In this document: positions 1 through 7,846 of the stretch, piece after piece
Layout: each line of letters begins with the position of its first letter
Position numbering within the stretch: the first letter of the stretch is position 1
DNA from: Waddliaceae bacterium
GTDB taxonomy: Bacteria > Chlamydiota > Chlamydiia > Chlamydiales > SLFE01
Assembly: GCA_963783885.1 (NCBI GenBank)
Contig: CAWAPJ010000023.1
Coordinates: 1 to 19,043 of the forward strand
Length of the DNA: 19,043 nt
Direction of reading: 5' to 3'
Program-made: the position numbers and the translations under genes
Notes under the pieces: model-generated
Seen by the model: the letters and a program-made list of their open reading frames with translations, nothing else
What the model was told of the DNA's origin: nothing
The model's database searches: none

Positions 1-2
1 TA

Positions 3-122
3 AGGGAATCAGGGTGGCGAAGTGATAGTATGAGCCCCTTTTCGGATTCGCTGAACAACATCGCTGATTTGGAGTCCGAAGTCGGTGATGCGGATGATTC
101 GCGATTTTTTCAAACTTGCTAA
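3..122 (+). CDS. Possible 3' end of an upstream gene (partial, runs in from window edge)
   Basis: Frame 3 is open from the window start (RESGWRSDSMSPFSDSLNNIADLESEVGDADDSRFFQTC) to TAA at 120-122, after which the sequence abruptly becomes AT-rich. No recognisable motif. Confidence 0.35.
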   Translation, partial: RESGWRSDSMSPFSDSLNNIADLESEVGDADDSRFFQTC

Positions 123-204
123 AATTATTTGTAAACAATGTATTCAATAAAATTTAGTAAATATTTAACTTTTAAGTAAATAAACTATATGATATCAATT
201 TATT

Positions 205-1092
205 ATGAATAAAATTTCACAAAACATTAATAGATCTCAGGAACTATAGGTACAGCCCGAAAGCCTTAAAAAACAGGCTGAGCTCGTTTTGGTCGTATCA
301 GAACTTAAGACTGGCATCTTTTCCAACTATCGCGACAGGGCCTATCGTGAACAGTTTAAAGATTTTTCAATCAATGAATCCGGCAAAGAGCAGGATTCTG
401 TTTCAAAAGTCAATGATTTGATCCGTTGCGGCAAATTTTTCTCTTTTGTTTGTGACAACAGACTTCAAACTGCCAAAGATGAAATCATGGCCATTAAAGA
501 CATTAACCTGCGAGCAGAAGTATATGAAAAACTGATCTCGGATGAAATTCACATGAAGTTACCTGATTTCATGAATATATGCCAAGATCTATTGATTGAT
601 AAGATTAAGGTGCTGAGATTGACCGAGCCAATAAAAATGGCACCTCTCCTTTTCGGATAGCCGCGCTGAAAGGCCACCTTCATATCTTAAAATGGCTGGC
701 TGAAAAAGGTGCTGAGATTGACCAAGCCGACAATGGTGGCATAACTCCTCTTTTGATAGCCGCAAACCAAGGCCATCTAGATGTCGTGAAGTGGTTGGCT
801 GAAAAAGGTGCTGAGATTGACCGAGCCAATAAAAATGGCACCACTCCTTTTTGGATAGCCGCTCAAAATGGCCATCTAGATGTCGCGGTGTGGTTGGCTT
901 ACAAAAGGGTCTGAAAAAGAACTAGCCAATGATAAAGTGGGGATGGGGAAAACTGAGGTAAGGCAGCCTTATGCGTTCAATTTTCCCAAAAAAGCAAAGG
1001 TGCTGACTCCTGATGCGAGACTTGGAGATGGACTGTTATTTGAAGATTGATCTTCTGAACCGCCGAAAAAGAAGCATAAGTCAAGAAGTTGA
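205..1092 (+). pseudogene. Disrupted ankyrin-repeat protein (effector-like)
   Basis: ATG at 205 (MNKISQNINRSQEL) is followed by an in-frame TAG at 247-249, then frame 1 continues as the 289..660 ORF. Ankyrin repeats start at 609 in frame 3, immediately after a TAA at 606-608, implying a frameshift. An extra A at ~903-906 returns the ankyrin-like continuation (KGSEKELANDK) to frame 1. A further TGA lies at 1048-1050, then SSEPPKKKHKSRS-stop at 1092. Confidence 0.8.
609..905 (+). repeat. Three tandem 99-bp ankyrin-coding repeats
   Basis: Units start at 609, 708 and 807, each beginning GGTGCTGAGATTGACC. They translate to GAEIDRANKNGTSPFRIAALKGHLHILKWLAEK / GAEIDQADNGGITPLLIAANQGHLDVVKWLAEK / GAEIDRANKNGTTPFWIAAQNGHLDVAVWLAYK, fitting the 33-aa ankyrin consensus G-TPL--AA--GH--VV--L---GA. 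Confidence 0.95.
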
Positions 1093-1920
1093 CCCAAAAC
1101 CCGGTTTTTGGATTTTCACTCCATTCCATTTGACGATCATGTGGTCGGGGTGGAATCTGTTTTTGGCTTCCCGGAGGCCGGGGATGCCGAGGTCTTGTTC
1201 GAGGTTGAAGTAGGTAAAGCCGCCAAGGGCGTGTTTGGCGAACCAGTGGATCATCAGTTCCGAGAGGCCGTGAAAGTCGTGGCTGGTATTTTCCGCGTGG
1301 CCGACGGCTGTCTGGGGGTTGAGTTTTTTGGCAATCATGTATCCCTGGATTTTTCCTTCAATCCGAATAGCCCCGCCAAAGATATCAAAACGATCATAGT
1401 ATTCGAAGAGCCTTTCGGTGGCTCGGCGGTGTTTCGGTTCGAGTTGCAATTTTTTCATAAAAGCAAAACACTCTTGCCGGTTAGAGGAGTCGATAGGTTC
1501 ATAGCGGCACTCGTAGCGGTCCAGGCATCCGTGGACAAGCTGCCGCTTTTTTTGATATTTATGGTCCGGCAGATCTCTTAAGTCCGACACTTTGTAAACA
1601 TAATCGGCGTCATTCGGACTTGTTGAAAATTTCCAGTCGAGGGCATTTGTCGGGAGGGTCGTTCTGACAGCTTTATTTACCGGGAGGCGGTCCAGGACCT
1701 CTTCGAGGGGCAGAGGGCCTGCCGGCGGGCCGAACAGGATCATTTCATTGCTTTCTTCGATCAGAATGGCCAGTGTATCGCTGATTTTACAAAAATATGT
1801 CGGGCGGTCTTGGCTCCACATAAAAAGGTTGCTGAAAGTGCATTCGGAAAAAAGGGGCGGGTATCGGTTAAAATACTCTCTAATTATATCCCTGTTGTCA
1901 AGAGTGAGAGGATGAATCAT
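1081..1920 (-). CDS. DUF2156 / phosphatidylglycerol lysyltransferase C-terminal-like protein (aminoacyl-tRNA-dependent transferase fold), soluble
   Basis: 279 aa with family-typical segments SECTFSNLFMW, DYVY..SDL..L...KYQKKR, FGGAIRIEGKI and EQDLGIPGLREAK...HP. No transmembrane region. Start overlaps the last 23 nt of the upstream NRPS-like gene. Confidence 0.85.
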   Translation of the reverse strand: MIHPLTLDNRDIIREYFNRYPPLFSECTFSNLFMWSQDRPTYFCKISDTLAILIEESNEMILFGPPAGPLPLEEVLDRLPVNKAVRTTLPTNALDWKFSTSPNDADYVYKVSDLRDLPDHKYQKKRQLVHGCLDRYECRYEPIDSSNRQECFAFMKKLQLEPKHRRATERLFEYYDRFDIFGGAIRIEGKIQGYMIAKKLNPQTAVGHAENTSHDFHGLSELMIHWFAKHALGGFTYFNLEQDLGIPGLREAKNRFHPDHMIVKWNGVKIQKPGFGSTS

Positions 1921-4471
1921 CGATTTGTTTTTTTATGATTTGCGCCAGTTGCTTAATGCCCGGAATTTCGAGAATCTCCTTCGAGGTTCCGGGAGCTTTT
2001 TCTATTTTCAGGTTGATGGTGTAGTCTTTCCAGCCCAATGAGGGATCAGAGCGGTATTGATCGGTCTCGTCTTGGGCAATGATAACGGTTAAGGGAATTT
2101 CGCACGATGCCGGCGAGTAGGCTGTCATAGCTTTTTGGAAAATGGCTTTGAGGGATTTGGTGATGATTTCGCCTTCATTGTCGTTTTTGATGCGGAAGAT
2201 ATTGGTCGTTTTTTGCTCAAGCTGCTGCCATCTTGTAATCAGGAAATCCTTTTTTTCCTGAGTTGTAAGTGCAAAAAATTGGGAAGCATTGATTTGCAGA
2301 CGTTTTAGCAAAGCATGCTTTTGGGGAAAGTGGGGAGCATAAGTGTCGATAATGCCGACAAAAGCAATGCCTTTGTTTTTTTCTTTGAAAATCCTTGCCA
2401 TTTCAAATGCAACATAGCTGCCGATGGAAAAGCCCAAAAGATTGAGTTTTCCCGAGGGGCGGGCCTTAAGGATTTTAGCGGCGTAATCCTCGGCCATTTT
2501 TTCTACCGAGTCGTCATCCTCTTCTGCGGGCAAGACAAAAACCGGATAGTCATTTCCCAAAAATTTCGAGAGGAGATAATAAGGATAGATGTCCCCTTCA
2601 AATCCGTGAACGCAAAAAAGCGGAGGCGAGGAGCCATTTTTTTGAAGTTCAATCAGCTCCTGATTAGGCTCCTGGCAAGGGGGCGTGATGATAAGTTCTG
2701 CCATTTTTCCAATAGAATCATGCTTAAGCAGGTGCGCCAGAGAATAACTTTTCCCGAAATGTTGATTAATCCTAAGAAGCAGCCGTTTGACCTGAGCCGA
2801 GGAGGCTTTGAGATCGAAAAGGGTTTTGCAGACTCCTGCGGAACTTAAGTTCATCTCTTCCTTAAAGATCGCCTGCAATTGTTTTTCTATAGGATTATGC
2901 GGAATGTCGTCTTCTTCGGCACCCTCTTCTTCGAGTTGTTGTACGGGAAGCTGCCGGTAGCATATTTTGCCGCTGGCGCCGGTGGGAATTTGATTCAATT
3001 GAATAAACCTTTTGGGCACCATATGCGGCGGCAGCCTTTTTTTGAGCGTTCTTTTAAGGTCCTGCTTGGATGCATGGATCCCTTCAGCCTGAACCCAATA
3101 GGCCACTAGAACCTGCTCGCCGCTGAGTTCAACCAGTTTCACCACGGCGTGGTGGATGGCGGGATGGGAATTCAGGATGCTTTCAACAGCCGAAATTCCG
3201 ATTTTGTCATCTCCTAGGGCTTCCTGCTCATCAATTTTACCTAAATATTCAAGCTTACCGTCATTTCGTTTTCTGACCAAATCTCCGGTTAAAAAGAGCC
3301 TTTCGGGCCTTTTTCCCAGCTGGGTGTGGACGATGAACCGTTTTTGGTTCATCTCATTGTCATGGATATACCCTCTTGCAAGTCCTATTCCGCCAAGGCA
3401 GAGCTGTCCGGCGGATCCGTGCGAAACTTCTTGCATTGTCTTATCCAGGACATAAGCCTTTACGTTGGAAATCGGCTGCCCGATAGGGATGACCAGGGAC
3501 TCTTCGTCGCAGTTGACGGCATACTCTGTCGAGATAATGGTATTTTCCGCAGGGCCGTAGTTGTTGATCAGCGTGAAGGGAAGGGGTTTTTGGGGATGTT
3601 TCTTTAGCTGGTCTCCGCCGGTGAACATGATCCTTAAACTGGTCTCTTTCGGCCAAGCTTGCTGCAGAAGGGTTTCCGTTAGGGGAACCTGAAGATAAAT
3701 GAGGGAGATCCTTTCCTGTTCGATCCAGTTCATCAGGGATTTGGCATTGCCCAGAGTGTCGCCTAGAGGAAATTTTACACAAGCTCCGTTGCAAAGTGCG
3801 GCAGTTGTCTCGACAATCGAAAGGTCTGAGCAGGGCCTGGCCAGAAGCGCGGCGGTATCTTTGCTCGAGAAGGAGTGCCTGCTCCGATACCAAAAGACTA
3901 AATTGACCACTCCCATGTGATTCAGTTCGATTTCATTTTCCTCTGAGAGAACGGTATAGGCGGCGTTTTGCGGCGTGGCAGCTATTTCCAGTGGAGGGAT
4001 GTCATCCGAAAGCGGAGCGGCTAAAAGCTGCTGAAGGGAAAAAGAGGGGACCTCATCTTGCAGATATCCCGGAACTGGACTTATGCTCGAGAGCAGAAGG
4101 TTCGGCTTCGTTTGTGTGAGAATTTTCGAGATGGTTTGTTTTTGCATCAGAGGATCAATCGGAACATATACGCCCCCTGCTTTCCAGATCCCGAACATAG
4201 CGATGACCATATCCGGTCCCGGGTTGGCAAAAACAGCTATACGCGATTGATGCTGAATGCCTTTTGCAATTATATGTCTGGCGAGAAGGGTTGCTTTATC
4301 ATTGAGGCTTTGAAAAGAAATCGAGGTGTGCGGGGTGGATATCGCGATTTCGCCCGGGAAATGCAATGCGGCATCTTCCAAAAGATGCGGAAGAGTTTTT
4401 TTCTTCAAATCGAGCTGCAGCTCTTCGGGAAGCTGCCCTCGACGCTCCATTGTTAACATACGAACCCCCAC
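1898..4471 (-). CDS. Stand-alone NRPS-like protein (adenylation-carrier-thioesterase, A-T-TE) with degenerate catalytic motifs
   Basis: A domain: WKAGGVYVPIDP (A2), FTGGDQL, NNYGPAENTI (A5), GQLCLGGIGLARGY (A6), FLTGDL (A7), LPPHMVP (A9), SGKI (A10). Carrier-like segment LFDLKASS. TE: PLFCVHG, GFSIG, IIDT. No condensation domain. The true start may be ATG at 4459, which has a G-rich SD-like stretch upstream. Confidence 0.9.
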   Translation of the reverse strand: MGVRMLTMERRGQLPEELQLDLKKKTLPHLLEDAALHFPGEIAISTPHTSISFQSLNDKATLLARHIIAKGIQHQSRIAVFANPGPDMVIAMFGIWKAGGVYVPIDPLMQKQTISKILTQTKPNLLLSSISPVPGYLQDEVPSFSLQQLLAAPLSDDIPPLEIAATPQNAAYTVLSEENEIELNHMGVVNLVFWYRSRHSFSSKDTAALLARPCSDLSIVETTAALCNGACVKFPLGDTLGNAKSLMNWIEQERISLIYLQVPLTETLLQQAWPKETSLRIMFTGGDQLKKHPQKPLPFTLINNYGPAENTIISTEYAVNCDEESLVIPIGQPISNVKAYVLDKTMQEVSHGSAGQLCLGGIGLARGYIHDNEMNQKRFIVHTQLGKRPERLFLTGDLVRKRNDGKLEYLGKIDEQEALGDDKIGISAVESILNSHPAIHHAVVKLVELSGEQVLVAYWVQAEGIHASKQDLKRTLKKRLPPHMVPKRFIQLNQIPTGASGKICYRQLPVQQLEEEGAEEDDIPHNPIEKQLQAIFKEEMNLSSAGVCKTLFDLKASSAQVKRLLLRINQHFGKSYSLAHLLKHDSIGKMAELIITPPCQEPNQELIELQKNGSSPPLFCVHGFEGDIYPYYLLSKFLGNDYPVFVLPAEEDDDSVEKMAEDYAAKILKARPSGKLNLLGFSIGSYVAFEMARIFKEKNKGIAFVGIIDTYAPHFPQKHALLKRLQINASQFFALTTQEKKDFLITRWQQLEQKTTNIFRIKNDNEGEIITKSLKAIFQKAMTAYSPASCEIPLTVIIAQDETDQYRSDPSLGWKDYTINLKIEKAPGTSKEILEIPGIKQLAQIIKKQIDDSSSHS

Positions 4472-4565
4472 CGGTCCGTTTCAATGTAAATTTCAAATCT
4501 AAAAAGTAATATTGTATTTATATCTGACCCATATCATTTCTTTATTTATGTGACAAACTTATGAT
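4472..4565. promoter_or_regulatory. AT-rich divergent promoter region (NRPS-like operon / glycosyltransferase)
   Basis: ~94-bp AT-rich spacer between two divergently oriented starts. Individual -35/-10 boxes cannot be assigned confidently. Confidence 0.5.
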
Positions 4566-6140
4566 ATGATAAACGAAGTAACTATGCCGAGTTTCCGAAA
4601 CAGATCCTTTTGGCTTCTCCTGGGAATCCTTCTGATAAAAGCCGCGATTATGGCCTCAGTTATTCAATTTGGGGGCTTTGATCTGGCTCCCGATGAAGCC
4701 CAATACTGGACATGGAGCCAGAGCCTTGACTGGGGCTACTACAGCAAGCCTCCCGGTATTGCCCTTGAGATCTGGCTGGGAACGAAGATTTTTGGAAATA
4801 CTGTTTTAGGAGTGAGAATCGGCGCTGTTTTCTTATCGATATTCATTTCTTTGTCGGTGTATGCACTTGCATTGGCCTCAGGCCTCACGAAGCGGGGAGC
4901 CTTTTGGGCGGGAGTTGTAAGTGCTTTAACTCCAATGGGATTTTTCGCTTCCTACTATGCAACGACCGATGTCGGCCTCGTCCTTTTTTGGACTCTTGCC
5001 TGCATTCCGCTGGCAAAAGCGCTGAAGGAAAACGAAACGCCCAACTATCTCCTCATAGGGTTGTTCATAGCCATGGGGGCTCTTTTCAAGTGGCCGATTT
5101 ATTTGATTTGGGTTCTGGTTTTTTTTGGGATGATTTCTACCACCGCATTTCGCAAGAGGTCTATTGTTGAAGGACTGCTTGTTTCGCTTCTTGGCCTGCT
5201 CCCTCCTTTGATTTGGAACGCCACGCGCGGATGGCCGACTTTTCAGCATGTCTGGTCGACGATGAGAGGGGGGCACAGCCCCAAAACAGGAGGGCCTTTG
5301 CTTCAGGGAAACTTTTTCGACTTTTTTGGCGCTCAGGCAGCCCTTCTCTCACCGATTTTATTTATATTGCTCCTCGTTGCTTTTGCTATTCTCTTTAGGC
5401 GAAAGCATTTAATTCCTCCTGCGGTCCGATTTTTCGGGTACGCCACTTTTTTCATATTGGCCGTTTATCAGGGTTTTTCCCTTTTTCAAAAAATGCAGGG
5501 GAACTGGTGCGTTTTTGTCTATCCAATGGCTATCGTCTTTTTATGTTGGACCCTAATTGACTACTTGCCTCATGGCAGGCGCTGGATTCGCGGAGGTCTT
5601 GCCTTCTCGCTTTTAATGGTCGCCGCTGTTTTCTCCCTTTCAGCAGTCCAGATCAAGGGAGCTTTTCCCTCCCGTCCCATTCCTCAAAAGTTTAACCGCC
5701 TCAATGAATGCTTAGGGTGGAGCGGCATTGGTTCGGGACTGATTAGGGCAGGCTATGACCCGGAAAAAGATTTTTTGTTTAGCGATAGCTATCAGGGAAC
5801 ATCCCTTTTGAGCTTTTATGCCCCTAGGCAAAAAAGGGCCTACTTTTTTAATTTGAAGCAAAGAAGGCAAAATCAATTCACCTACTGGCCGTCTCTTGCG
5901 GACCAGCAGTTGGGACGTTCAGGATTTTTCGTCGTTTTAGAAGAGTACCCCATAAGAAACCGGACTGAAAATGAAGCGGTTGTTGAATTCGAAGACATTC
6001 TTAAGCCATATTTTAAAACCGTCGGATATGCTGGCATGGTACCTCTTCTCCATATGTATGGAAAGCCCCGCAAGGTAATGCTCATTTACCGTTGCGAAGA
6101 GTATAACGGAGCCCCCTGCGAAACTGTTAATCTGTTTTAA
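4566..6140 (+). CDS. ArnT/PMT_2-family (GT-C) polyprenyl-phosphate-sugar-dependent membrane glycosyltransferase
   Basis: 524 aa with many hydrophobic TM-like segments. N-terminal APDEAQYWTWSQSLDWGYYSKPPG motif, later TTD and FKW motifs, and a soluble C-terminal domain. Alternative start at 4584. Confidence 0.85.
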   Translation: MINEVTMPSFRNRSFWLLLGILLIKAAIMASVIQFGGFDLAPDEAQYWTWSQSLDWGYYSKPPGIALEIWLGTKIFGNTVLGVRIGAVFLSIFISLSVYALALASGLTKRGAFWAGVVSALTPMGFFASYYATTDVGLVLFWTLACIPLAKALKENETPNYLLIGLFIAMGALFKWPIYLIWVLVFFGMISTTAFRKRSIVEGLLVSLLGLLPPLIWNATRGWPTFQHVWSTMRGGHSPKTGGPLLQGNFFDFFGAQAALLSPILFILLLVAFAILFRRKHLIPPAVRFFGYATFFILAVYQGFSLFQKMQGNWCVFVYPMAIVFLCWTLIDYLPHGRRWIRGGLAFSLLMVAAVFSLSAVQIKGAFPSRPIPQKFNRLNECLGWSGIGSGLIRAGYDPEKDFLFSDSYQGTSLLSFYAPRQKRAYFFNLKQRRQNQFTYWPSLADQQLGRSGFFVVLEEYPIRNRTENEAVVEFEDILKPYFKTVGYAGMVPLLHMYGKPRKVMLIYRCEEYNGAPCETVNLF

Positions 6141-7119
6141 CAAGATTTTTCATATCGTTGAAATTACCGTGGAGATATTGTCTTAAGTTGTAGACAAATG
6201 TATTGAAGCTTTGATGCTCCCGGGTTATGGGGTAGATGCTCGACTCGTTGGTGAAAATGACATTGGGGCGTTTCCATAAGGGGCAATCCAGCGAAACAGG
6301 AGGAGAAAAGTGGCAGTCGAGTAAAACTCCTCTGAACTTTCCCGTTTTTTCCGTCTCGGAAAGATCATTGAGATTGATGACAGATCCGTCTCCGAATACT
6401 AAAAGAACCGAATCGTTCTTCATCAGATTTATTTTTTCTTTATTAAACCAGGAGGGTCCCTTTCTTCCTCGCGGCATGGCCAGTGAGACAATGTCGGCTT
6501 CGGGGAGAACATCGACAAGCTGCTCCAAGGAAAAGCATTTTTCGCAATCGGGATGGAATGAGGCGAGCTCTTGTATACCCCAAACTTTAAACCCTTCTAA
6601 GTTAGCTCTTTTGACAATTTCGGTTCCAATCCTTCCCAGTCCGATTTGAAGAAAAATCTTGTCATTGACTTTCCACATTCCTTTTCGTAGCCCTGTTAAG
6701 TCAAGATGCTTAGGATCTCTGGATTCGTTTACCCAGCTAAATAATTTTTTTGAAAAAGCCAGGGCAGCACTGATGGCAAACTCTCCAATTTGGATGAGAT
6801 TTTCCTCTTTGGTCGTCGAGATTAAAATATTTCCTAACGTTTTTATAGCATTGAGGCAGAGATTGTCGAGGTAAGGGGACGGACAATGAATCCAGTGCAA
6901 CTGTGAAACCAGATTGAGTTCCTCTTGCGAAAGTTTGCATCCATAGAGAATCTCGATTTGGCTGCAAGCTTCCACTCCCAGCTCATGGAGTGGTTTTTCT
7001 ATATCGATGGACTGGATGGAGAACTGGGGAAATTCCTTAAAAAGCTGGGTTAATTCTTCCGGTTCAAGCGAATCTCGGATTAAAAGAGTGTTCATCATGG
7101 CGAAAATGCCCTTTTTCAT
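6127..7119 (-). CDS. D-isomer-specific 2-hydroxyacid dehydrogenase family protein, NAD(P)-binding, catalytic residues absent
   Basis: LHWIH, IGEFAISAALAFSKKL, Rossmann GLGRIG, VLPEADIVSLAMP, MKNDSVL and PLWKRPNVIFT follow the family layout. Likely start is ATG 7098 or 7095 (AAGGG upstream). Confidence 0.85.
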   Translation of the reverse strand: MKKGIFAMMNTLLIRDSLEPEELTQLFKEFPQFSIQSIDIEKPLHELGVEACSQIEILYGCKLSQEELNLVSQLHWIHCPSPYLDNLCLNAIKTLGNILISTTKEENLIQIGEFAISAALAFSKKLFSWVNESRDPKHLDLTGLRKGMWKVNDKIFLQIGLGRIGTEIVKRANLEGFKVWGIQELASFHPDCEKCFSLEQLVDVLPEADIVSLAMPRGRKGPSWFNKEKINLMKNDSVLLVFGDGSVINLNDLSETEKTGKFRGVLLDCHFSPPVSLDCPLWKRPNVIFTNESSIYPITREHQSFNTFVYNLRQYLHGNFNDMKNLVKTD

Positions 7120-7203
7120 CCATCTAAGGGGATTTTTTATTTGATTTCAAAGGGTAATTTCAGGTATTCTACTTCTACAGCTAGTAAAATTTAGGAGACA
7201 ATC

Positions 7204-7539
7204 ATGTATGCCATAATCAAAACCGGTGGTAAACAGTATAGAGTGGAAAAAGGCGATATCATCGACGTTGAGCTTTTGGGAGAAGAGGAAGGAGCGGCTG
7301 TTGAGTTTGATGTTCTCCTTGTTCATGACGGTAAAAAAACAGCGATTGGCGAACCGACACTGAGCGACTATGTCGTTAAAGGCGAGTTGGTTGGCGATTC
7401 TGCCGGCCCAAAGGTCAATGCCATGAAGTACAAACGCCGCAAGGGGTACCGCCTCCATTTCGGCCACCGTCAGCATTATACAAGAGTTCAAATCACGGAT
7501 ATTTCCAGTAAGAAGAAGCAGAAGAAGGAAGAGGAGTAA
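7204..7539 (+). CDS. rplU: 50S ribosomal protein L21
   Basis: [14 protein letters not shown]...[31 protein letters not shown] upstream. Short K/E-rich C-terminal tail. Confidence 0.98.
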   Translation: MYAIIKTGGKQYRVEKGDIIDVELLGEEEGAAVEFDVLLVHDGKKTAIGEPTLSDYVVKGELVGDSAGPKVNAMKYKRRKGYRLHFGHRQHYTRVQITDISSKKKQKKEEE

Positions 7540-7784
7540 TGGCACATAAGAAAGGTCAGGGATCGACACGAAACGGGAGAGACTCCCATTCTCAAAGATT
7601 GGGAATCAAAGCGGGTTCGGGTCAATTGGTGAAAGCCGGAAGCATCATCGTACGCCAAAGAGGAACGAAGTGGCATCCCGGCACAAATGTTAAGCGAGGC
7701 AAGGATGACACTCTTTTTGCCCTAACCGACGGCATCGTCCGATTCCGCAAATCGAATAAGACTGTCGTCTCGGTCGAAGCTTAA
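7539..7784 (+). CDS. rpmA: 50S ribosomal protein L27
   Basis: [20 protein letters not shown]...[29 protein letters not shown] stop/start overlap with rplU. Short form with no N-terminal extension and no intervening prp gene. Confidence 0.98.
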   Translation: MAHKKGQGSTRNGRDSHSQRLGIKAGSGQLVKAGSIIVRQRGTKWHPGTNVKRGKDDTLFALTDGIVRFRKSNKTVVSVEA

Positions 7785-7814
7785 TTGATCGCCCATTGAT
7801 CAAATAATTTTTAT

Positions 7815-7843
7815 GAGCCCAGAGGGATACTCTGGGTTTTTTT
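7815..7843 (+). terminator. Intrinsic terminator-like hairpin between rpmA and obgE
   Basis: Stem CCCAGAG (7818-7824), loop GGATA, stem CTCTGGG (7830-7836), followed by 7 T (7837-7843). Confidence 0.75.
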
Positions 7844-7846
7844 ATT

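Noticed and set aside
1-120. Possible tRNA/tmRNA fragment at the window start
   Set aside because: No T-arm GTTCGA motif, cloverleaf or CCA end could be found on either strand.
247-249. In-frame TAG/TGA as stop-codon recoding or an alternative genetic code
   Set aside because: Other genes in the window end normally at TAG (cysJ, coaE) and TGA (sppA, DUF2156), and the same locus also has frameshifts.
289-660. 123-aa ORF as a complete gene
   Set aside because: It is a fragment of the ankyrin pseudogene, and its last ~17 codons read the first repeat out of frame.
609-905. Regularly spaced direct repeats as a possible CRISPR array
   Set aside because: The period is exactly 99 bp, the intervening sequences are similar to each other and translate to ankyrin repeats, and there are no cas genes.
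6127-6140. Short overlaps of convergent stop regions (also 10849-10859)
   Set aside because: These are common in compact genomes, and there is no evidence of a special function.
7785-7803. TTGAT...ATCAA as an FNR box
   Set aside because: The spacing is 9 nt, not the required 4.
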